This document shows positions 1 through 9,365 of a DNA stretch of 64,000 nucleotides, in pieces. The stretch spans positions 19,166 to 83,165 of the forward strand of contig CAZRLN010000001.1 in assembly GCA_964601085.1 (NCBI GenBank). Reading direction: 5' to 3'. Below the pieces are notes generated by a model. That model made no database searches. It saw only the letters and a list, made by a program, of their open reading frames with translations, and had not been told where the DNA came from. Source of the stretch: an uncultured Veillonellaceae bacterium. Lineage in GTDB: Bacteria; Bacillota; Negativicutes; UBA1444. The position numbers and the translations under genes were made by a program. Position 1 is the stretch's first letter, and each line of letters begins with the position of its first letter.

Positions 1-731
1 AAGGGCGCGAATGGCTGGAAAAAGACAGCAAGCGCCTGGGGTACGAGTGGAAAGAGTTGTCGAAAGGCGACCGGCTGGAAGATATCGCCCGCAAGATGAA
101 TTTCGCGAACGAGGAGGATCTGCTGGCATCGCTCGGTTTTGGCGGCGTGACGGTTCATGCCATCATGGTCAAGCTGATCGAGCTGTTTAAGAAAGAGCAA
201 AAGGCCACGGCGCCGCCCGATCTGAGCCAGGTTCTGTCGGAGTTGAAGCCGAAGCGTTCCAAGAGCAAGGGGAGCCATGGCATTCTGGTGAAAGGCGAGA
301 GCGGTCTGATGGTTCGTCTGGCCCGCTGCTGCAACCCAGTGCCGGGCGACGTGATTGTCGGCTATATTACCCGGGGGCGGGGCGTTTCCGTGCATCGGGC
401 GGATTGTCCGAACATTTCTTCCGAACCGGACGAGTTCGAGCGGATGATCGAGGTAGAATGGGATATCGGCGTCGACGACCTGTACAAGGTTACGATCGAG
501 ATTACGGCGCTGGATCGTCCGGGGATGCTGACCGATATCATGATGGTTTTGGCCGAGCACAAGATTAACGCCAGCACGGTGAACGCCAAGACTTTCAAGG
601 ATAAGCGGGCCCTGATCAGCATGTGCATCGATACCAAAAATATAGGGCAACTGGAGAATATCATGGCGAAGATGAAGAGGGTCCGGGATGTGTTTGAAGT
701 GCACCGGGCATCTTCGGTCACGGGAGGGTAA
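1..731 (+). CDS. relA: GTP pyrophosphokinase / (p)ppGpp synthetase RelA/SpoT family, C-terminal part (5' end outside window)
   Basis: ORF runs off the window start in the same frame as 57..731. The motif CCNPVPGDVIVGYITRGRGVSVHRADCPN is the conserved RelA/SpoT C-terminal zinc-finger-like region. It is followed by an ACT-like regulatory domain. Confidence 0.8.
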   Translation, partial: GREWLEKDSKRLGYEWKELSKGDRLEDIARKMNFANEEDLLASLGFGGVTVHAIMVKLIELFKKEQKATAPPDLSQVLSELKPKRSKSKGSHGILVKGESGLMVRLARCCNPVPGDVIVGYITRGRGVSVHRADCPNISSEPDEFERMIEVEWDIGVDDLYKVTIEITALDRPGMLTDIMMVLAEHKINASTVNAKTFKDKRALISMCIDTKNIGQLENIMAKMKRVRDVFEVHRASSVTGG

Positions 732-734
732 TGG

Positions 735-1184
735 ATGCGGGCGGTGGTGCAGCGGACCGGTTGGTCCGAGGTGATGGTCGGCGGCGAATGCGTCGGCCGG
801 GCCGGGTTCGGTCTGACGGTTCTGCTGGGCGTTGGGCGGGAAGACGATGCGGCCGATGCCGTAGTATTAGCGGAGAAGATATCCCATTTGCGGATTTTTG
901 AAGATGAAGCCGGTAAGATGAACCGGTCGGTGCTGGATGTTTCCGGACAAGTTCTGGCGATTTCCCAGTTTACGTTATATGGCGATTGTCGAAAAGGCCG
1001 GCGGCCGAGCTTTGACACGGCGGCGTCGCCCGAAACCGCCAGAATTCTGTATGAAAAGTTTGTCGATGCGTTGCGGGTCCAGGGCCTGAGCGTCGAATGC
1101 GGCAGATTCCAGGCGGAAATGAAGGTTACGCTGGAAAATCAGGGGCCGGTCACCATATTGCTCGACAGTAAAAAAAGTTTTTAG
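735..1184 (+). CDS. dtd: D-aminoacyl-tRNA deacylase
   Basis: 149 aa. The N-terminus MRAVVQR and the SQFTLY motif are typical of Dtd. RBS GGGAGGG lies 6 nt upstream. It sits directly downstream of relA, as in many Firmicutes. Confidence 0.85.
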   Translation: MRAVVQRTGWSEVMVGGECVGRAGFGLTVLLGVGREDDAADAVVLAEKISHLRIFEDEAGKMNRSVLDVSGQVLAISQFTLYGDCRKGRRPSFDTAASPETARILYEKFVDALRVQGLSVECGRFQAEMKVTLENQGPVTILLDSKKSF

Positions 1185-1198
1185 CGGGAGGTTCATCG

Positions 1199-1819
1199 AT
1201 GAAAGTTTTACAACTGGAAGTCGGCAGTCTGGGAACAAATTGTTATATCGCCTACTGTGAAAATACCAAAAAAGCCGTGATTATCGATCCGGGTGGCGAC
1301 GCGGTGCGGATTCTCGCCCTGGTCAACCGGGAGGGGCTGGCGGTGGAGGCGATCATCAACACCCACGGCCATGCCGACCATGTCCTGGCCAATGTCAAAG
1401 TGCAAGAAGGAACCGGCGCGCCAATCTGGATCCATAGCGCCGATGCGAATATGCTGGGCAGCGGTTCGCGCAATCTGTCGGCCTACATGGGCGCTTCCAC
1501 CAGTTGCGGGGCGGCGGACCGGCTGCTGGCGGACGGCGAAGTGTTGACGATCGGCGATTTCACGTTGAAGGTGCTTCATACCCCGGGGCATACGCCGGGC
1601 GGGATCAGCCTGCTTGGCGACAAAGCCGTTTTTGTAGGCGACGCCCTGTTTGCCGAATCCATCGGTCGCACGGATTTTCCGGGCGGATCTTACAGTCAGC
1701 TGATCCAAAGCATCAAAACCAAACTAATGGTCCTGGACGACGATGTCAAGGCGTTCCCCGGGCATGGCCCGGCGACGACCATTGGTTGGGAACGCCGGCA
1801 GAATCCGTTTATCCAATGA
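1199..1819 (+). CDS. MBL-fold metallo-hydrolase (hydroxyacylglutathione hydrolase-like)
   Basis: 206 aa. Beta-lactamase fold metal motif HGHADH with downstream His/Asp ligands. RBS GGGAGG. Confidence 0.75.
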   Translation: MKVLQLEVGSLGTNCYIAYCENTKKAVIIDPGGDAVRILALVNREGLAVEAIINTHGHADHVLANVKVQEGTGAPIWIHSADANMLGSGSRNLSAYMGASTSCGAADRLLADGEVLTIGDFTLKVLHTPGHTPGGISLLGDKAVFVGDALFAESIGRTDFPGGSYSQLIQSIKTKLMVLDDDVKAFPGHGPATTIGWERRQNPFIQ

Positions 1820-1848
1820 TTTAATGCTGGGAAAGTCAGGTGAGGAAA

Positions 1849-2298
1849 ATGGCCATTGACTTGGTCGACTTGCGGCGCAGATTCCGGGAAAAACAGTATA
1901 AGGTTACCCCGCAGCGGCAGAAAATCCTCCAGGTATTCGCCGATCACCAGGAAGAACATCTGAGCGCGGAAGATGTGTATTCGCTGCTGCGGTCGGATGC
2001 GCCGGACATTGGACTCGCTACGGTCTACCGGACACTGGAGATGCTGGAGGAATTGGGATTCTTGCACCGAATCGAGTTCGGCGACGGCAAAAGCCGGTAT
2101 GAACTCGCGACCGGCGATTCGGCCCATTCGCATCATCATCTGATTTGCTTGTCCTGCGGCGCGGTGACGGAGTTCGGCGATGATTTGATGGAAACGCTGG
2201 AGAGCTTTGTTTCCCGGACCGCGAATTTTCAGATCACCGACCATCAGGTGAAGTTTTATGGCTATTGCGGCAAATGCCGGAGCGACAGTGAACGCTGA
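1849..2298 (+). CDS. Fur-family metalloregulator (Fur/PerR/Zur-like)
   Basis: Winged-helix N-terminus, HSHHHLIC metal site and two CxxC pairs (CLSCG, CGKC). Alternative GTG start at 1840. Confidence 0.8.
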   Translation: MAIDLVDLRRRFREKQYKVTPQRQKILQVFADHQEEHLSAEDVYSLLRSDAPDIGLATVYRTLEMLEELGFLHRIEFGDGKSRYELATGDSAHSHHHLICLSCGAVTEFGDDLMETLESFVSRTANFQITDHQVKFYGYCGKCRSDSER

Positions 2299-3493
2299 CC
2301 TTCCTTGGGGAATTTTAACCGGCGTGCGGCCGGCGAAGATCGTGCATCGCCTCCTGGACCACGGCGAAGCGCCGGACTCAATCCAGCGATATTTGCAGTC
2401 CCACTATGGGGTATCGGCCGGGAAAGCTTCGCTGTTGACGGAGGTGGCCGTCAACAATCGCCGCTTCGTGCCGACGCCGGCGGTTCACGAACAAGAGAAC
2501 CGCATAGTATCGCTGTATATGGGGATTCCTTACTGCGCGTCCCGCTGTGTGTACTGCTCCTTTCCTTCGGCGTTGCTGCCGGCGGACGAGGGGCAGATTG
2601 TTTCCCTGCTGCAGGCGATTGGACAGGATATACAAGCTGTGGTAAAATTGTTGAGTACTTGTGGGCTATCGCCGCAATCACTGTATATTGGCGGCGGAAC
2701 GCCCACCTGTCTGCCGGAAAAACAATTCGGACAGCTTCTGGGATGGATCCGTGACGCCTTTGACATTCCATCGATGAAGGAGTTTTCGGTGGAGGCGGGT
2801 AGACCCGACAGCATCGACGAAGCAAAACTGCGTTTGATGCGCGAGGCCGGGGTGACCCGCGTTAGCGTCAATCCCCAGACCTTGCAGCAACGAACGTTGG
2901 ACCGCATCGGCCGCCGTCATCAGGCGGAGCAGACGTTCAGCGCCCTGCGGCTGGTGAGAAAGGCCGGGTTCCGGTTCGTGAACATGGACCTGATCGCCGG
3001 TCTGCCGGGAGAAACTCCCGCGGATCTGCAATCTTCCCTGGCGCAGGTATTGGCGCATCATCCTGAAAACATCACGGTGCATACCCTGGCGATCAAACGC
3101 GGGGCTGAGCTAAAGGACTGTTTCGACAGCGCTGGCTTGCCGGAACCACGGACGGTGCAGGAGATGGTGGAAATGTCGGCCGCCATGATCCGCGCCGGTG
3201 GTTGGTCGCCATACTACTTGTATCGACAAAAGAACTCGCCGGGCAATATGGAGAATGTCGGGTATGCAAAACCCGGCGCCGAATGCATTTATAACATTGA
3301 CATCATCGAGGAAAGACGGACGATTATCGGCATGGGACCATCCGCGGCTTCCAAGGCGGTATGTCCGGAGGAATGGCGGTTGGACAGCTGCCATTTCCCC
3401 AAAGACATTCCGACCTATGTGAATCGGATCGCCGAATTGACTGCCAAACGGGATCAACTGATTACTAATCTTTTCAGCCGCAACGGAGGCTGA
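2258..3493 (+). CDS. HemN/HemZ-like radical SAM protein (oxygen-independent coproporphyrinogen dehydrogenase family)
   Basis: CASRCVYC CX3CX2C radical SAM motif. GILTGVRP motif as in HemZ. The annotated start overlaps the Fur-family gene by 41 nt, so the true start may be an internal GTG/TTG. The N-terminus is shorter than Bacillus HemZ. Confidence 0.65.
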   Translation: MAIAANAGATVNADLPWGILTGVRPAKIVHRLLDHGEAPDSIQRYLQSHYGVSAGKASLLTEVAVNNRRFVPTPAVHEQENRIVSLYMGIPYCASRCVYCSFPSALLPADEGQIVSLLQAIGQDIQAVVKLLSTCGLSPQSLYIGGGTPTCLPEKQFGQLLGWIRDAFDIPSMKEFSVEAGRPDSIDEAKLRLMREAGVTRVSVNPQTLQQRTLDRIGRRHQAEQTFSALRLVRKAGFRFVNMDLIAGLPGETPADLQSSLAQVLAHHPENITVHTLAIKRGAELKDCFDSAGLPEPRTVQEMVEMSAAMIRAGGWSPYYLYRQKNSPGNMENVGYAKPGAECIYNIDIIEERRTIIGMGPSAASKAVCPEEWRLDSCHFPKDIPTYVNRIAELTAKRDQLITNLFSRNGG

Positions 3494-3516
3494 AACAGCA
3501 ATAGGGGGCGCCCAGC

Positions 3517-4782
3517 ATGTTGACCACAGGACCACGGGGAACTCACGACATTACGCCGGGGGAAGTGAAAAATTGGCGCCGGGTGGAGGAAGCCGCCCGG
3601 AAGATTTGTGCGCTGTATCATTACGGCGAAATCCGGACGCCGATTTTTGAGCATACGGAGTTATTTTTGCGCGGCATCGGCGAAACCACCGATGTAGTGC
3701 AAAAAGAAATGTATACTTTTACCGACCGGGGCGGGCGCAGCGTAACCTTGCGGCCGGAAAACACCGCCGCTGTGGTGCGGTCCTATCTCGAACAGAAGCT
3801 GTATGCCGATTCCCAGGCGGCCAAACTGTTTTATATCGGACCGATGTTCCGGTATGACCGGCCGCAGGCTGGGCGGCTCCGCCAGTTTCATCAGTTCGGC
3901 ATCGAAGCTATCGGTCCGGTTGGCCCGTCGGTGGATGCCGAGATTATACTGTTGGCGGTTCGATTTTTTGAAAGTCTGGGTCTGACCAATCTCAATCTGT
4001 TGATCAATTCGGTCGGCTGCCCGAAGTGCCGGCCGCAATACCGGCTCCTGTTGCAAGATTTTTTGCGGGATAAACAGGCGGACCTTTGTGAAAACTGTCA
4101 ATCGCGCTTTGACCGCAATCCGATGCGGATTCTCGACTGCAAGGAAGAGAAGTGCAACCGGTTGTCGGCTGGTGCACCGCAGATGGTGGATTGCCTGTGC
4201 GATGAATGCTCGGCCCATTTTGCCGGTTTGCAGCAATATCTGAACGCGGCGGGAATCACTTATACGTTGAATCCGCGACTGGTCCGCGGATTGGATTATT
4301 ATACGAAAACCGCTTTCGAGATCCAGTACCCTTCCCTGGGCGCCCAAAGCGCCATTTGCGGCGGCGGTCGCTATGACGGGCTGATCGAAGAATGCGGCGG
4401 TCCGGCGACCCCGGGCATCGGCTTCGCGATTGGGCTGGAACGGGTGCTTCTGGCCATGGAAAAGCAGGAACTGCTCGGTTCGGCGGAAGACACGCTACCG
4501 GTATGGGTCATCCCCATCGGGGCGGAGGCCATGTTACCGGCGCTTTCGTTGTTGAACCAGCTGCGTGACGCAGGAATCGCTTCGGACATGGACCATGGCG
4601 GAAAGAGCCTGAAATCGCAAATGAAACAGGCGAACCGGCTCGGCGCCCGAACGGTGGTCATGATTGGCGAGGAAGAAGCCCGCACCAATCAGGTCACGCT
4701 GAAAAATATGGAAACCGGTGAACAAATCCGGCTGTCGGCGATCGACGCGATCAATCAATTGAAACAGGAGATGAACGACTGA
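3517..4782 (+). CDS. hisS: histidine--tRNA ligase
   Basis: 421 aa with class II aaRS motifs and a HisRS N-terminus (GTHD...YGEIRTPIFE). RBS AGGGGG. Confidence 0.95.
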   Translation: MLTTGPRGTHDITPGEVKNWRRVEEAARKICALYHYGEIRTPIFEHTELFLRGIGETTDVVQKEMYTFTDRGGRSVTLRPENTAAVVRSYLEQKLYADSQAAKLFYIGPMFRYDRPQAGRLRQFHQFGIEAIGPVGPSVDAEIILLAVRFFESLGLTNLNLLINSVGCPKCRPQYRLLLQDFLRDKQADLCENCQSRFDRNPMRILDCKEEKCNRLSAGAPQMVDCLCDECSAHFAGLQQYLNAAGITYTLNPRLVRGLDYYTKTAFEIQYPSLGAQSAICGGGRYDGLIEECGGPATPGIGFAIGLERVLLAMEKQELLGSAEDTLPVWVIPIGAEAMLPALSLLNQLRDAGIASDMDHGGKSLKSQMKQANRLGARTVVMIGEEEARTNQVTLKNMETGEQIRLSAIDAINQLKQEMND

Positions 4783-4783
4783 A

Positions 4784-6580
4784 ATGGATACATTGGCGGG
4801 AATGAAGAGGACTCATGCGTGCGGGGAACTCCGCGCCGAACATGCCGGAGCGGAAGTTGTGCTGTGCGGCTGGGTTTCACGGCAGCGGGATCATGGCGGA
4901 CTGATTTTTGTTGACCTGCGGGACCGCTCCGGTATTGTGCAGTTGGTCTTTTCTCCGGAGATCGATGCGACGGCTTTGACAAAAGCGGACGGAGTTCGGA
5001 CTGAATATGTCATCAGTGTTCGGGGCAAAGTCCGGCTGCGTTCCGAGGATACAGTGAACTCCCTGATGGAAACCGGCGCCGTGGAGGTTTGCGGGCAAGA
5101 AATCCGTATTCTGAATCCGGCCAAAACTCCACCGTTTTATATTCAGGATAACGTCGACGTGGATGAGATTGTTCGTCTCAAGTACCGTTATCTGGATCTC
5201 CGGCGGCCGGAGATGCAACGTAACCTGATGCTGCGACATCGTGTGGCGAAAGCTATGCGTGATTTCTTTGACCGACGGGATTTCGTCGAAGTGGAAACGC
5301 CGATGTTGACGAAAAGCACGCCGGAAGGTGCGCGGGACTATCTTGTCCCCAGCCGGGTCAACCCCGGCAAGTTTTATGCGTTGCCGCAATCCCCGCAGAT
5401 TTTCAAGCAAATTCTCATGGTGGCCGGGATTGAGCGCTATTTTCAGATCGTCCGTTGCTTCCGGGACGAAGATTTGCGGGCGGATCGCCAACCGGAGTTC
5501 ACTCAGCTCGACGTCGAGATGTCCTTTGTCGAGCGGGAGGATATCCTGTCCATCATGGAAACCATGATTGCGGAAATTTTCAAGACAGCCTTGGACGTGG
5601 ACGTGCCGCTGCCGATGCAGCGACTCTCCTACGACGAAGCCATGGACAAATATGGTTCGGATAAACCGGATCTGCGTTTCGGCATGGAGATATTTGATCT
5701 GTCGGACGCAATGCGCGGTTCCGATTTCAAGGTGTTTGAGGCGGTGCTGGCTGCCGGCGGCTGCATCAAAGGGATCAATGTGAAAGGCAATGCGGGAATT
5801 CCTCGCCGGGAACTCGATGGTCTGGTGAATTATGTCGGCCAGTACGGGGCCAAGGGGATGGCTTGGATCGGCTATACGGCGGAAGGCCTGAAATCCCAGA
5901 TTTCGAAATTTTTCAGCGAGGAGCAGCTGGAAAAAATCCGCCGGACCGCGCAGGCCGAAGAAGGTGATTTGGTGCTGATCGTCGCCGACAAGCCGAATGT
6001 GGCGGTCAACGCCATGGGACAGTTGCGGCTGGAAATGGGGCGGCGGATGAACCTGATCGATCCCGATAAACTTTCGTTCGCCTGGGTGCTCGATTTCCCG
6101 ATGTTTGAATATGATGAAGAAGAGAAACGGTTTGTGGCGATGCATCACCCCTTCACTTCGCCGCGGGACGAGGATCTTCAATATCTGGAGAGCGACCCGG
6201 GCCGGATCAAGGCCAAGGCGTATGATATGATTTTGAACGGCACCGAGATCGGTGGCGGCAGTATCCGAATCTTCCAGCGGGATGTCCAGGAAAAGGTGTT
6301 TAAAGCCATCGGGCTGTCGGATGAAGAGGCCAACGGCAAGTTCGGTTACTTGCTGGAAGCGTTCGATTACGGCACGCCGCCGCATGGCGGAATCGCCTTC
6401 GGTCTCGACCGCCTGATTATGTTGATGGCGAAACGGTCCTCCATCCGCGACGTCATCGCTTTCCCGAAAACGCAGAGCGCAACGGACCTCATGTCGCAAG
6501 CGCCTTCCGAAGTGGCCCTGCGCCAGTTGAAGGAACTGTCGATTCGCACCGAAGTGGCGGCCAAGAAAACACCGAAGTAA
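4784..6580 (+). CDS. aspS: aspartate--tRNA ligase
   Basis: 598 aa. MKRTHACGELR resembles the canonical AspRS N-terminus, so an alternative start lies at 4802. Class II motifs and the QSPQ motif are present. The 4-nt overlap with hisS indicates an operon. Confidence 0.95.
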   Translation: MDTLAGMKRTHACGELRAEHAGAEVVLCGWVSRQRDHGGLIFVDLRDRSGIVQLVFSPEIDATALTKADGVRTEYVISVRGKVRLRSEDTVNSLMETGAVEVCGQEIRILNPAKTPPFYIQDNVDVDEIVRLKYRYLDLRRPEMQRNLMLRHRVAKAMRDFFDRRDFVEVETPMLTKSTPEGARDYLVPSRVNPGKFYALPQSPQIFKQILMVAGIERYFQIVRCFRDEDLRADRQPEFTQLDVEMSFVEREDILSIMETMIAEIFKTALDVDVPLPMQRLSYDEAMDKYGSDKPDLRFGMEIFDLSDAMRGSDFKVFEAVLAAGGCIKGINVKGNAGIPRRELDGLVNYVGQYGAKGMAWIGYTAEGLKSQISKFFSEEQLEKIRRTAQAEEGDLVLIVADKPNVAVNAMGQLRLEMGRRMNLIDPDKLSFAWVLDFPMFEYDEEEKRFVAMHHPFTSPRDEDLQYLESDPGRIKAKAYDMILNGTEIGGGSIRIFQRDVQEKVFKAIGLSDEEANGKFGYLLEAFDYGTPPHGGIAFGLDRLIMLMAKRSSIRDVIAFPKTQSATDLMSQAPSEVALRQLKELSIRTEVAAKKTPK

Positions 6581-6847
6581 AGTCGCGATAGTGGTTGCCA
6601 GTTGCGGCGGAGTCTGATACACTCATAGTAGGGAATATGAAACGCAGCAAAACCATGATTTTTCCCTGCTGTGTGCGTATACGTCCATTGTTTTGATCCA
6701 ACACTTTCACCTTGGGAGCAATGTCTCTGATCGTTGCGTGGATGCCCCGCCTGGTTCGGGGATCATTACGCGGTCAGGCACGCACCCACCTGCCTGCGGC
6801 AGGTTCAAAACACGGATAGAAAACGGCACGGCGGGGGATAAAAAATA

Positions 6848-6879
6848 AGACTACCGAAAAGCGGTAGTCTTTTTCTTTT
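6848..6879. terminator. bidirectional rho-independent terminator
   Basis: Perfect 9-bp stem agactaccg/cggtagtct with a 5-nt loop, an A-run upstream and TTTTCTTTT downstream. Confidence 0.75.
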
Positions 6880-7181
6880 GAACCTAATTTTGCATGAATA
6901 CTACGCGTTGATTTCAAGAACGATTTGCTGAGAAGGCGGTAGTGAGAGACAACCAAAATGAAACAAAGGTGGTATTATATAACTATTATAAAAAAAGCGG
7001 GGGCATATTCTAAATATCTAGTTGAGTGAATAAATGCTTTCGTTACGACAGAGAATTATGATATAAGAGGAAGCGCTGATTATAGATTCCAAAGCGTTTT
7101 GGCAGTTTCGCTTCAATTTCGTTGAAATTGGTTTCCGCCTGGCAATAACGGAGTCCGAAATTCAATGGAAGGAGACTGGGC

Positions 7182-8207
7182 GTGAATACCAACGTCAATG
7201 CAAGCAGCCGTATAGAATGGATTGACGCCGCCAAAGGAATCGGGATTATTTTTGTTGTATTGGGCCATATCTGGTTAATCGGTCCGGGGCAAAAGTACAT
7301 TAATTCTTTTCATATGCCGTTATTCTTCTTTTTGTCGGGATATATATTTAGAGTTGGCAATTATAGGAATTTAAGGCAGTTTGTATGTTCGAAAGTGAAT
7401 CGAATACTGATCCCTTACGCCTGGTTTTCGATTTTTACTTATATATATTGGGTGATGTTTGAACGAGCGGTATCAGGTAATACTGTCAGTCCAGTGACGG
7501 CATTTGTGAACATTTTTGTATGCCAGGGCACTGATCGGCATTTGCCGCATAACCCCGCGCTCTGGTTTTTGCCGTGTCTATTTATTGTCGAAGTGATGTT
7601 TTTTTGTATCGCCAGAAATATAAAACGGGAATTTGTCCCGATAATATTGCTCATTAGTTCTATCGCCAGTAATTATATAACAAGATGGTTTCCGGGCAAT
7701 GTTTTCTGGAGCGCCAACGTTGCCTTAACCGGCCTGGTTTTTTATGGTATTGGTTATGTCACTCAAAGTACCAGGCGGTTGCTGATTTCTTCCAGTGGGC
7801 GGATCGCTTTCATTTTTGTGACCGCCACTACGATTGGGCTCTTCCTGTCACTGAAAAACACCTATGTTATTATGGCTGCCTGCGTATATGGGGATTATTT
7901 TTACTTTTATTTGGCAGCATTCTTGAATATCACCGGAATTATCGCCATATCGGTTCTATTGAAAAAAACAAATTGGCTAATTTATCTGGGACGAAATTCT
8001 CTCACCATTTTTGCGCTTCATTTTCCGATTAAACGACTCGTTGTCGGGATTCATGGAGTTCTATTGAATATTCCGGCAGAGCAGGTAAAAGCTTCATTCC
8101 TGATGAGCAGTATCGATACCATAGTAACAATTGTTGTTCTGTTGCCAATTACCTGTCTGATTCGGAGACGGTTTGCATTTATACTTGGCGCAACGCGAGG
8201 TTGTTAA
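7182..8207 (+). CDS. acyltransferase family 3 (OafA/YrhL-like membrane O-acyltransferase)
   Basis: 341 aa, about 10 predicted TM segments. N-terminal motif IEWIDAAKGIGIIFVVLGH is typical of Acyl_transf_3. GTG start with RBS GGAAGGAG. Its GC is markedly lower than that of its neighbours. Confidence 0.75.
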   Translation: MNTNVNASSRIEWIDAAKGIGIIFVVLGHIWLIGPGQKYINSFHMPLFFFLSGYIFRVGNYRNLRQFVCSKVNRILIPYAWFSIFTYIYWVMFERAVSGNTVSPVTAFVNIFVCQGTDRHLPHNPALWFLPCLFIVEVMFFCIARNIKREFVPIILLISSIASNYITRWFPGNVFWSANVALTGLVFYGIGYVTQSTRRLLISSSGRIAFIFVTATTIGLFLSLKNTYVIMAACVYGDYFYFYLAAFLNITGIIAISVLLKKTNWLIYLGRNSLTIFALHFPIKRLVVGIHGVLLNIPAEQVKASFLMSSIDTIVTIVVLLPITCLIRRRFAFILGATRGC

Positions 8208-8303
8208 GTCCTTGCAAAAAATATAGTTAATGGTTGTTTTTCAGCAGTACGGAAAGTGGACGCTATTGTTAAAATTCCCGGGCTTTCAGGAGTTTGGCTC
8301 TTT

Positions 8304-9056
8304 TTATTTTGGATGCCCCACCGTTGTCGCCAGGATGATTCTTTGTTCCGGCCGGAGGTTTAAAATTTTTGCCAATGAATCCGAGTCGATATTGATGCGA
8401 GGCACGGAGTTAAATCCTGCCGATGCGCAGAACAGTGCGGCGTTTTCGGCAATAAATCCGGCATCCAGGCTGGCGATCAATATTTTGACATTCAGGTCCC
8501 TTGTCCAGTTGATTTTTGCAAGGTCAGCGACATAGATCAAATTGACCGGAGCAGCCGCCACATAACTGTCCCGGCCGGCGCTTTTCCGATGGTCTCCGTC
8601 GGCCACGGGCAGGAGGCGGTGCGCGTTGGGATCGTACACAAAGGCGCCATTCTTCAGAATCGTATAGATTTCGAACTCCCGAACATTTCTGGCGGATGGT
8701 GCGGTGCGGCGACCGTCGCTGCGGTTGATTCCGTTCGCCGCCCATAGTAGGTTGGCCAGATCCTGATGCGAAAGCGCTTTGTCGGCGAAACTTCGCTCCG
8801 ACCTTCGTTCCTGCAAGACCTGCATCAGTGGCTTTCCCTTGTCCGTTTCCGGCGGTGGCAGCGGAATGACCGTTAACCCTGAAGCGGGTTCGGTGGCCGG
8901 TGCGGTTGTTGCGCTCTTGCTACGGGTCGATTCCCAGGTTTGCGTGAGCAATTCGCTTACAACCGTGAATCCGCCTTTTTGATGGATAAAGAAACCAAAA
9001 ACTGACAGCGCGATAAGGTTGAAAACCAATGAGAGGACCAAGATCGTCGCCTTCAT
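8304..9056 (-). CDS. SagB-type dehydrogenase / nitroreductase-family protein with N-terminal signal-anchor
   Basis: Hydrophobic N-terminus MKATILVLSLVFNLIALSVF, then a Pro/Thr-rich linker, then a nitroreductase-fold domain with RRSERSF. RBS GGAGGT precedes the ATG at 9056. The longer ORF reaching 9116 is probably an over-extension. Confidence 0.7.
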   Translation of the reverse strand: MKATILVLSLVFNLIALSVFGFFIHQKGGFTVVSELLTQTWESTRSKSATTAPATEPASGLTVIPLPPPETDKGKPLMQVLQERRSERSFADKALSHQDLANLLWAANGINRSDGRRTAPSARNVREFEIYTILKNGAFVYDPNAHRLLPVADGDHRKSAGRDSYVAAAPVNLIYVADLAKINWTRDLNVKILIASLDAGFIAENAALFCASAGFNSVPRINIDSDSLAKILNLRPEQRIILATTVGHPK

Positions 9057-9365
9057 ACAGTTTACCTCCTCGACAATGGCTGGATGATTTTGGATTACAA
9101 GGGTAATGTTCTTCAAAGGTTTTGTTTATCCTGTCAGGCAAGCGGCGAGTGAGAAATGATTTCTGACAGACATCATATTAAAGAAGCCTGCGGTTATTTT
9201 TTTTTGAAGGATTACGGCCATACAGCACGAAATTATAATAGCAGGCGGTTGCTAAAAGCCCGCCAGCGAAAGCCATTGAAAAAATTGTCGCGACAGAACG
9301 GGGCTTTTTTTGTTTTCGCCGGTTGATGGCGCATAAAAACGAGCAGGAAGGGATTGTGAATTTCA

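Noticed and set aside
2305-2754. 149-aa alternative-frame ORF inside the HemZ-like gene, and many other 60-180-aa overlapping ORFs throughout
   Set aside because: Nested out-of-frame ORFs in GC-rich genes with Arg/Gly/Ala-rich translations. Each overlaps a well-supported gene and lacks start context.
4877-6622. 581-aa minus-strand ORF antisense to aspS
   Set aside because: Typical stop-codon-poor shadow ORF in GC-rich coding DNA. The translated product is low-complexity and Arg/Pro/His-rich with no motifs, and aspS on the plus strand is unambiguous.
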